Shown here: in pieces, positions 57,076 to 64,000 of the stretch
Position numbering within the stretch: position 1 is the first letter of the stretch
How the letters are laid out: each line of letters opens with the position of its first letter
From: Spirochaetia bacterium
Lineage (GTDB): Bacteria > Spirochaetota > Spirochaetia > CAKZLE01
Direction: 5' to 3'
Assembly (NCBI GenBank): GCA_963677595.1
Contig: OY782041.1
Coordinates: 2,208,001 to 2,272,000, forward strand
Length of the DNA stretch: 64,000 bases
Program-made: the position numbers and the translations under genes
The notes under the pieces: generated by a model
Told to the model about the DNA's origin: nothing
The model's database searches: none
The model's input: only the letters and a program-made list of their open reading frames with translations

Positions 57076-57092
57076 TTTTGGTCGAACCAATT
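57076..57092. promoter_or_regulatory. FadR/PdhR-type box TTTTGGTCGAACCAATT
   Basis: Matches AATTGGTnnnACCAATT; one of four copies. Confidence 0.6.
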
Positions 57093-57269
57093 AGATAGTT
57101 CTAATATTATTAGTAATTTTGAATTCGGCTGGTTTGATTGTTATAAATAGCAAAAGCTAAGAAAAAGTCTGTAAAATCTTCAAATTGCAATGTTTAGATG
57201 GGGTTATAAATTATCGAAGACGATTAATAAGGCACTTGCATTATGAAGGATGATGGTATATAAATAGAT

Positions 57270-57286
57270 AATTGGTCCAACCAAAA
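57270..57286. promoter_or_regulatory. FadR/PdhR-type box AATTGGTCCAACCAAAA
   Basis: Lies between a putative promoter and the RBS of the PRC-barrel gene. Confidence 0.62.
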
Positions 57287-57306
57287 ATGCTGTAAGGAGA
57301 GATGTC

Positions 57307-57942
57307 ATGATAGTGATCCCTATTGAGGTGCATGTGAGATGTAACGATGGTATTTGCGGTAAATCTGTTCATCTCATTGTGAATCCTGTTTCACAGGAGG
57401 TAACGCACTTTGTTGTTGATATCAAGGAGATGAAACTGCATACCCAGCGTTTGGTTTCGGTACAATACATAGACAAGGTGGCTCATGACTCAATCCATCT
57501 GGACTGTGCAAGGGAAGATATAAAAAGGATGGATTCATTCGTTGCTGCCCGATTCATCTCACCTGCGATAGACCTCTTACCTACGGACAAGTATTGGCGG
57601 GATATGGACCCGTATATGCATCCATGGGTGGTTCCCAACCTTGAAGAACCAATGATCATCTCGGAAGAACATATTCCTGCAGGGGAGTGGAATATCTATC
57701 GGGGAATGGATGTAGAGGCTTCCGATGGGAGAATCGGCCAGGTGGATGAGTTGATGGTAGAAATTGGGAGTTGGCGCATAACCCATGTGATTCTTAGGCA
57801 TGGACATCTTTTAGGTAAAAGGGAACTGACTATATCCCTTATAGATATCGATCGGGTTGAGGCGGATGTAGTCTATCTGAACATAGATAAAGATACCGTG
57901 AAATCGCGATCTTCTATCCCTGTGAAACGACTGTTCTCATGA
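57307..57942 (+). CDS. PRC-barrel domain protein (tandem barrels)
   Basis: Two similar units: V.C.DG..G....IV.P....VTH.VV and V.ASDG.IG.V....V......ITH..LR.GH; AAGGAG RBS. Confidence 0.75.
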   Translation: MIVIPIEVHVRCNDGICGKSVHLIVNPVSQEVTHFVVDIKEMKLHTQRLVSVQYIDKVAHDSIHLDCAREDIKRMDSFVAARFISPAIDLLPTDKYWRDMDPYMHPWVVPNLEEPMIISEEHIPAGEWNIYRGMDVEASDGRIGQVDELMVEIGSWRITHVILRHGHLLGKRELTISLIDIDRVEADVVYLNIDKDTVKSRSSIPVKRLFS

Positions 57943-57968
57943 TCACATAAATCATATTGGGGGAAAGT

Positions 57969-59009
57969 ATGGAACAGAAGATATCTTTGTTAGGATTAGC
58001 TGCAAATGTTTTTCTAGGGGCAACAAAAATAGGTATTGGTCTTTTGTCACGATCGACCGCTATTCTTGCTGAAGGCATCCATTCGGGGATGGATGTCCTC
58101 TCATCGATTATTAACTATGTTGGAGTAAAGAACAGCAAAAAGCCTGCTGATAAAGAACACCCCTATGGTCACCATAAAGTCGAAGTGTTATCTGGTTTTT
58201 TGATAACCATAATCCTATTCCTGACTGGCCTCTGGATCATCTATGAAGCCATCTGCTCCTTTATTTCACCGGAAGTTGTTGAAGTGACATTTCTTTCTGT
58301 GGGAATCATGATCCTTTCAACAGTTATCAATGCTGTGATGTCCCATATAAAGATACGGTATGGGAAGAAGTACAGCAGCATCAGTCTAGTAACGGATGGC
58401 GTTCATAGTAAAGTCGATGTATTGACGTCGTTTGCTGTAATAGTAGGTTTGTTTTTCTCAAGATATTTCATATATACAGATTCTCTGATCGCGGTTTTTA
58501 TTGGTGTGTATATCATTAAAGAATCACTTAGCTTAGGGAAAGAAGCCACTGATTCTCTGCTTGACACATCAGCAGGAGAAGAGATCGAAGATGCAATCAG
58601 CACTGTTGTTAAAAAGAAGGGGATAACGATCACCGGGTTAAAGACTCAAAAAAGAGGACCGAGAATATCAGCAAACATCGTAATTGATCTGCCAAAGCAG
58701 CTTACAGTCGATAAGGGTGCAATGATCACAAGACAACTTGAAGCAGACTTGACTGGCTCGATAGAGAATCTTGATTATATTTCCATTCAGATCGAATCCC
58801 AGGGAATCAGCAGTAATTATTACAGACCAAATTTCGGGAAGCACATTCATTGGCAAAAAGGTAATGAAGGTCACGGTTATGGCGCAGAGGGGTATTGTAT
58901 TTGTCCTAATTGTGACTACAGGGTAAAGCATGAAAGAGGTAAGCCCTGTGCACATTTGATATGCCCAAATTGTCATATTGAATTGAAGAGAGAACCTAAA
59001 CATGCCTGA
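57969..59009 (+). CDS. Cation diffusion facilitator with C-terminal Cys-rich zinc-ribbon extension
   Basis: EGIHSGMD, PAD.EHPYGH.K.E, DGVHSKVD; tail YCICPNC...HERGKPC...CPNC. Confidence 0.88.
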   Translation: MEQKISLLGLAANVFLGATKIGIGLLSRSTAILAEGIHSGMDVLSSIINYVGVKNSKKPADKEHPYGHHKVEVLSGFLITIILFLTGLWIIYEAICSFISPEVVEVTFLSVGIMILSTVINAVMSHIKIRYGKKYSSISLVTDGVHSKVDVLTSFAVIVGLFFSRYFIYTDSLIAVFIGVYIIKESLSLGKEATDSLLDTSAGEEIEDAISTVVKKKGITITGLKTQKRGPRISANIVIDLPKQLTVDKGAMITRQLEADLTGSIENLDYISIQIESQGISSNYYRPNFGKHIHWQKGNEGHGYGAEGYCICPNCDYRVKHERGKPCAHLICPNCHIELKREPKHA

Positions 59010-59082
59010 GGATTAGGTTTCTCTGAAGGGGCATGGAGTGTCTGGTAAAAATACGTAGAACAAACTTGTAATGGAGTAAAAG

Positions 59083-59934
59083 ATGGCAACGAAAGAACGG
59101 ATTGGCTATATTGAAGGGATTCTGTCTTCAATACTGAATGTAATATTATTTGGAATGAAACTCATCGTAGGGGTAAGTGTAGGGTCTGTATCAATGATTG
59201 CTGACGCCTGGCATACTCTTTCAGATACACTGACATCACTGATCGTGATTTTGGGATTCTGGTTTTCATCACAACCTGAAGACAAAGAACACCCCTTTGG
59301 GCATGGAAGGGCTGAACCCATTGCCGGAATAATCATCGGAGTCCTGATGGGCCTTGTAGGATTCAGATTCATCAGCGAGTCTGTGGTGAATCTTCGAGGG
59401 CATGCAGCAGCGGTATTTGATTCACGTTCAATTATAGTCTTTGCTGTTTCCGTATTACTGAAAGAGGCAATGGCACAGTTCGCTATCCGAGCAGGAAAGA
59501 AAGTGAACTCATCCTCCTTGATCGCTGATGGCTGGCACCATCGTAGTGATGCCATTGCCAGTGCTATCATTGTGGTTGGAGCATTCTTCTCGCATAAGAT
59601 CTGGTGGATTGATAGTGTGCTTGGGATAATTGTTTCGCTGTTCATTCTATTCTTCACTTATGAGGTTATACGTCATGCGGCGAACCAATTGCTGGGAGAG
59701 GCCGCGAGTGATTCAGAAATCAAGGAATTAAATTCTCTGTTATCAGAGACTGGTGCCACAAATATCCACCATGTGCACATACATCGTTATGGGGATCATG
59801 TAGAGATGACACTTCATGTTGAATTGCCGAAGGATACTTTGCTGGAGGATGCACATGCAACCGGTACAAAAATCGAAGCTTTGATTCGCAAGACACTCAA
59901 CTACGAACCCACTGTTCATATAGAGCCATATTGA
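59083..59934 (+). CDS. Cation diffusion facilitator (FieF-like)
   Basis: DAWHTLSD, EHPFGHGRAE, DGWHHRSD, VHIEP. Confidence 0.92.
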   Translation: MATKERIGYIEGILSSILNVILFGMKLIVGVSVGSVSMIADAWHTLSDTLTSLIVILGFWFSSQPEDKEHPFGHGRAEPIAGIIIGVLMGLVGFRFISESVVNLRGHAAAVFDSRSIIVFAVSVLLKEAMAQFAIRAGKKVNSSSLIADGWHHRSDAIASAIIVVGAFFSHKIWWIDSVLGIIVSLFILFFTYEVIRHAANQLLGEAASDSEIKELNSLLSETGATNIHHVHIHRYGDHVEMTLHVELPKDTLLEDAHATGTKIEALIRKTLNYEPTVHIEPY

Positions 59935-60030
59935 AGCTGCTGGTAACAGAACAGATTTTCTTTCTAAAGTATCTGTCAGTTTCATGCGCTGCACAGCATA
60001 GAATGTATTAGTAAAATTCCTAGTTGTGTA

Positions 60031-60047
60031 AATTGGTCCTACTAGTT
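60031..60047. promoter_or_regulatory. FadR/PdhR-type box AATTGGTCCTACTAGTT
   Basis: Counterpart of the 57076 box. Confidence 0.5.
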
Positions 60048-60237
60048 AGATTGGTCTAATTTATGAAATACTGATATATCCCTGTGGTTTTCAATATTAC
60101 CCTGTATTGGATGTGTGAGTTAAACCTCCAAAAAACCGGAAATTTGCACCAATAAGTGCAAATATGTAATTTTTTTCGAAATATAACTAATTCTTAATTT
60201 TCCACTTGCTTTATGCAGAGAAATAGTATTAAATAAT

Positions 60238-60254
60238 AACTGGTCGTACCAATT
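60238..60254. promoter_or_regulatory. FadR/PdhR-type box AACTGGTCGTACCAATT upstream of the peptide ABC operon
   Basis: Counterpart of the 57270 box. Confidence 0.65.
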
Positions 60255-60438
60255 AGTGTAAGTGTGTATTATGAATCGGAGTAAAGAAGAATTAGAAGAA
60301 AGTTATGGCTCATGGGTAAGCGCATAACAGATCGATAGCTGAGATAGGTTATGCACTTTTCTGTTTGAATCTGTATTTAGCAGTCGTAAAGAGGATAAAA
60401 CCGAGGCTGTCTAAAAAATATTATTTGAGGAGACGGGT

Positions 60439-61962
60439 ATGAGGAAACTTTTAGTAAGTTGTGTGGTTGCTCTTTTACTGCTGTCGGGTATTGTATATGC
60501 CGGTGGTAGTCAGGAAGCAGAGACTCCAGAAGTAAAGGACACATTGATCATTGCAGTTGGATATGACTCAAGTGACCAGAATCCGCATGGAAAGAATAGT
60601 ACAAGTCTTTCCCGTGTTAAGGCTCAGGTCTATGAGACTCTTTTCTTGCTCACCTATGAAAATGAACTGAAACCATGGTTGGCTACAGGTTACAAGTGGG
60701 AAAATGATGTTACTCTTGTGATCAACCTTCGTAAAGGGGTTAAGTTCCATAATGGCGAGGAGATGAAAGCCAGTGATGTGCTGTTCTCCCTCGAATGTGT
60801 TCAGGACTCTGCGAACAGCATGACAGTCGATAAGATTGACTTTGCAAAAAGTTCTGTCGTCGACGATTATACTGTCAAGTTAGTAACGAAAGAACCGTAT
60901 AGCCCCTTGCTGACCAACCTCTCTTATTTACCAACGGCAATTTTCAGTGAAAAAGGATATAAAGAAGTAGATGGGGATTTCTTTAAAGCTGATCTTGGTA
61001 CCGGACCATTTATCTGGGGAGAATGGGTGCCCGGGAGTTCACAGGAACTGTTTGCTTATGACGGCTATTGGGGACAGCATGCAGGTGTGAATAAAGTTGA
61101 ATTCCATGTAATCGCAGAAAGTGCTGTTCGGGTAATTGAGCTGGAAACCGGCGGTTGTGATATCGCTTATGACGTGTCGGCAAATGATATCGATCGTATT
61201 GAGGACTCTGAGGATATGGTCATGTCCCGGTGGTCGTCCAATGATACGATAATTTTAGGGTTCAACTGTAGTGAGCCGCCCTTCAATGATTATAGAGTTC
61301 GTAAAGCTGTCAGTATGGCTTTTGACAGAAAAGCAATTTGGCAGGTCTCTTACAACGGAACAGGTGCGTTACCTGTTGGTTTTATTGAAAAGTCGACTCG
61401 TGGTGCGGTAAGTGATATTCCCCTCTCAACTCTCGACATCGAGGGAGCAAAAGCACTGCTGGCAGAGGCAGGTTATCCTAACGGATTCAGTACTTCCATT
61501 GTTAACAATACTACTTCGGAACGAATGGCCATATCAGAATATCTGCAGAATGCACTGAAGAAAATCAATATCGACCTGCATATCGATGCGCTTGATGCTG
61601 CATCTACAAGTGATAAGATCAAAACCACAACTGACTTTGGGATGTATACTTGGAGTATCTGGCCTGCTACCGGAGATATCGATTATGCGTTAAGGAGCTT
61701 CTATGGTGATACACCTCCCAGTCTGAATATCGAACGCTACAGCAATCCTAAATTTGATGCACTGATTGATCAGGCAGCTGGTGAGTTGGATGATGCTAAG
61801 AGGTTTGCACTGCAGCGCCAGGCACAGGAAATCCTGTTTGAAGAATACCCGGTTATTCCACTGGTAGTGCGTGAACGACTGTATTCTCACACTCCGGATG
61901 TTGTAGGGTTTGCAGAAGGGTCTTCACAGACTCCTCTCCTTTATACAGTATCGTTTAAATAA
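60439..61962 (+). CDS. Peptide/nickel ABC transporter substrate-binding protein (family 5)
   Basis: YAGGSQE signal, LRKGVKFHNG, GTGPF, PFND.RVR.A, AKALLAEAGYPNG, YSNP. Confidence 0.93.
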   Translation: MRKLLVSCVVALLLLSGIVYAGGSQEAETPEVKDTLIIAVGYDSSDQNPHGKNSTSLSRVKAQVYETLFLLTYENELKPWLATGYKWENDVTLVINLRKGVKFHNGEEMKASDVLFSLECVQDSANSMTVDKIDFAKSSVVDDYTVKLVTKEPYSPLLTNLSYLPTAIFSEKGYKEVDGDFFKADLGTGPFIWGEWVPGSSQELFAYDGYWGQHAGVNKVEFHVIAESAVRVIELETGGCDIAYDVSANDIDRIEDSEDMVMSRWSSNDTIILGFNCSEPPFNDYRVRKAVSMAFDRKAIWQVSYNGTGALPVGFIEKSTRGAVSDIPLSTLDIEGAKALLAEAGYPNGFSTSIVNNTTSERMAISEYLQNALKKINIDLHIDALDAASTSDKIKTTTDFGMYTWSIWPATGDIDYALRSFYGDTPPSLNIERYSNPKFDALIDQAAGELDDAKRFALQRQAQEILFEEYPVIPLVVRERLYSHTPDVVGFAEGSSQTPLLYTVSFK

Positions 61963-62003
61963 TGGGGTTATGATGGTAACTGGTTAGTTGCATAACTGAA
62001 TCA

Positions 62004-62048
62004 GGTATGGGAGGGGAGATGGACTGGTTCCAGCTTTTCTCCCATACC
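62004..62048 (+). other. Stem-loop after the SBP gene
   Basis: GGTATGGGAG / CTCCCATACC arms. Confidence 0.5.
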
Positions 62049-62097
62049 ATCACCGGGAACTTTCTAACTGACTAAACAGTTATGACAAGGAGTTATT

Positions 62098-63051
62098 ATG
62101 TTGCTGCGATATATTCTGAAAAGACTGTTGATGATCATTCCTGTCTTGATTGGCGTGACAATTATCATCTTCACTATCCTGTATTTTGCTCCGGGAGACC
62201 CAGTTAGTATGGCATTGGGTGTTGACGCTTCACCCCAGGCTATAGAAAAGTATCGCGTAGATATGGGGTTGAACGGAACATATTTTGAACGCTTGTTTCG
62301 ATATATCGGAGGGGTAGTCCACGGGGACCTTGGCCGTTCCTTTGTCTCGGGGAAACCGGTTCTCGAGGAGATCCTACTGCGGGTTCCCAATACGGTAACA
62401 TTGGCAGTATGGGGAATCATCATCGCATCAGTATTGGGGATAACACTCGGGATCATATCCGCTGTTAAGCAATATTCCTTCTGGGATACAGCTGTTACCG
62501 CGGGGGCACTGTTTGGTGTCTCAATGCCGATGTTCTGGCAAGGATTGATGATGATTCTTGTATTTGCAGTATTCCTTGGCTGGTTCCCTGCTTCAGGATT
62601 TAAGGGCCTAGAGTACAAGATCATGCCTATTACCGCTTTAGGGGTTCAGATCTCTGCTCATATCATGCGGAATACCAGGTCCAGTATGCTTGAAGTCTTA
62701 CGTCAGGATTATATTCGAACCGCACGGGCTAAAGGGCAGAAAGAGTCAAAAGTCATCTTCCACCATGCACTCAAGAATGCTCTGATTCCTGTAGTAACAG
62801 TTATCGGTATAGATTTCGGGAAAATGCTTGCAGGTTCGGTAATCATAGAGACCATTTTCTCAATACCTGGTATTGGGAAATATATGATCGATGCAATCAA
62901 TGCAAGAAATTATGCCTCAGTCCAGGGCACTGTCCTGGTCATAGCTTTTGCCGGATGCATTATAAACCTTGGTGTTGATGTCTTGTACACATTCATAGAT
63001 CCACGATTAAAGACTATGTTCGGGGCGAAAAAGCAGAGAAGGAAGGTGTAG
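62098..63051 (+). CDS. Peptide ABC permease (DppB/OppB family)
   Basis: PGDP, GDLGRSF, RSSMLEVL.QDYIRTARAKG, HALKNALIP, IDPR. Confidence 0.95.
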   Translation: MLLRYILKRLLMIIPVLIGVTIIIFTILYFAPGDPVSMALGVDASPQAIEKYRVDMGLNGTYFERLFRYIGGVVHGDLGRSFVSGKPVLEEILLRVPNTVTLAVWGIIIASVLGITLGIISAVKQYSFWDTAVTAGALFGVSMPMFWQGLMMILVFAVFLGWFPASGFKGLEYKIMPITALGVQISAHIMRNTRSSMLEVLRQDYIRTARAKGQKESKVIFHHALKNALIPVVTVIGIDFGKMLAGSVIIETIFSIPGIGKYMIDAINARNYASVQGTVLVIAFAGCIINLGVDVLYTFIDPRLKTMFGAKKQRRKV

Positions 63052-63055
63052 GCAT

Positions 63056-63913
63056 ATGAATACCCGAAAAAAACAAAATAACATGTATGCTGATATATGG
63101 CATCGACTACGGAAAAACAAGATGGCTATGGTTGGCTTAGTCATCTTGACTCTGATCATTCTGATGGCGATTTTTGCTCCGCTCATAGCGCCATACGGCT
63201 ATGATGATCAGGATCTTGACAAGCGCCTGCAGTTCCCCTCGAAAGAATATCCTTTCGGAACTGATAATTTCGGACGTGATCAGCTGAGCCGAATAATCTA
63301 TGGAAGCCGGATCTCCATGCAGGTAGGCCTGATATCAGTGAGCATCGGGTTGCTCATCGGAGGATTCCTGGGGGCTATTGCGGCTTACTTCTCACGTACA
63401 GATAATATCATAATGCGGACTATCGATGTATTCATGGCAATCCCCCCGATGCTTCTTGCAATTGCGATTGCGGTGTCGTTGGGAGCAGGTCTGCGTAATC
63501 TTATGGTAGCTGTGGGAATATCCAATGTACCTCTGTTTGCCCGTGTGGTGAGGGCTGCAGTATTGACAGTCAAGGAAAAAGAATTTGTCGAGGCTGCAAG
63601 ATCGATCGGATCAAACAATTTTCGCATCATCACTACGGATATCCTGCCCAATTGCCTTTCCCCAATCATCGTGCAGGCGACTTTGAGCGTAGCAAGTGCA
63701 ATCATCATGGGTTCCTCGCTCTGCTTCCTGGGGTTCGGTGTCCAGGCCCCCATCCCTGATTGGGGCGGTATGCTTTCAGCGGGCAGGGTTTATATCCGTT
63801 CACATTGGTATATGACTGTATTCCCGGGGCTGGCAATCATGCTTGCAGTATACTCGCTGAATGTAGTGGGTGACGGCTTACGAGATGCTCTTGACCCGAG
63901 ACTCAAGAAATAG
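63056..63913 (+). CDS. Peptide ABC permease (DppC/OppC family)
   Basis: FGTDNFGRD.LSR.IYG, EFVEAARSIG, ILPN, GDGLRDALDPR. Confidence 0.95.
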   Translation: MNTRKKQNNMYADIWHRLRKNKMAMVGLVILTLIILMAIFAPLIAPYGYDDQDLDKRLQFPSKEYPFGTDNFGRDQLSRIIYGSRISMQVGLISVSIGLLIGGFLGAIAAYFSRTDNIIMRTIDVFMAIPPMLLAIAIAVSLGAGLRNLMVAVGISNVPLFARVVRAAVLTVKEKEFVEAARSIGSNNFRIITTDILPNCLSPIIVQATLSVASAIIMGSSLCFLGFGVQAPIPDWGGMLSAGRVYIRSHWYMTVFPGLAIMLAVYSLNVVGDGLRDALDPRLKK

Positions 63914-63927
63914 GATGGAAAGAATAA

Positions 63928-64000
63928 ATGAGTGAGAATCTACTTGAGGTAAAAGATCTTGAGATTCAGTATAAGACGGATTTCGAGGTAGTTCGGGCAG
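63928..64000 (+). CDS. Peptide ABC ATP-binding subunit (DppD/OppD), truncated by the window edge
   Basis: MSENLLEVKDLEIQYKTDFEVVRA, typical DppD N-terminus and operon position. Confidence 0.8.
   Translation, partial: MSENLLEVKDLEIQYKTDFEVVRA

Overview
Bacterial chromosomal window, probably from a fermentative Spirochaetaceae (Sphaerochaeta/Oceanispirochaeta-like). This is inferred from solute-binding protein N-termini of the xAxGxxE type and a GPAGG/DUF1566 surface protein. From left to right: (1) the 3' part of an AT-rich InlB-B-repeat/DUF1566 surface-protein gene; (2) a LacI-controlled TRAP plus sugar-acid catabolic cluster with four TGWATACGTATACA operators, followed by URO-D-family, class II aldolase and rhamnulokinase-like genes; (3) a TetR plus rifampin-phosphotransferase-architecture kinase operon; (4) a ~16 kb catabolic island bracketed by degenerate ~80 bp direct repeats, holding MoaD, a tungsten-type AOR, an MFS, FadR, a NanA-like lyase, E. 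coli ydjH/ydjJ/ydjL-like enzymes, a class II aldolase, an enolase-family enzyme, an epimerase and a sugar ABC system; (5) a 14 kb signalling island with HD-GYP, a binding protein coupled to a triple-REC hybrid kinase, CheR/CheB without MCP/CheA, two more kinases and a GGDEF protein; (6) an AAA/DUF4143 ATPase, carbamate kinase, a frameshifted LacI and a fused XdhD-like molybdoenzyme; (7) a PRC-barrel gene, two CDF transporters and a peptide ABC operon, preceded by two paralogous FadR-box promoters. No rRNA, tRNA, CRISPR array or intact transposase/integrase was seen. All family assignments come from motif recognition, not database searches.
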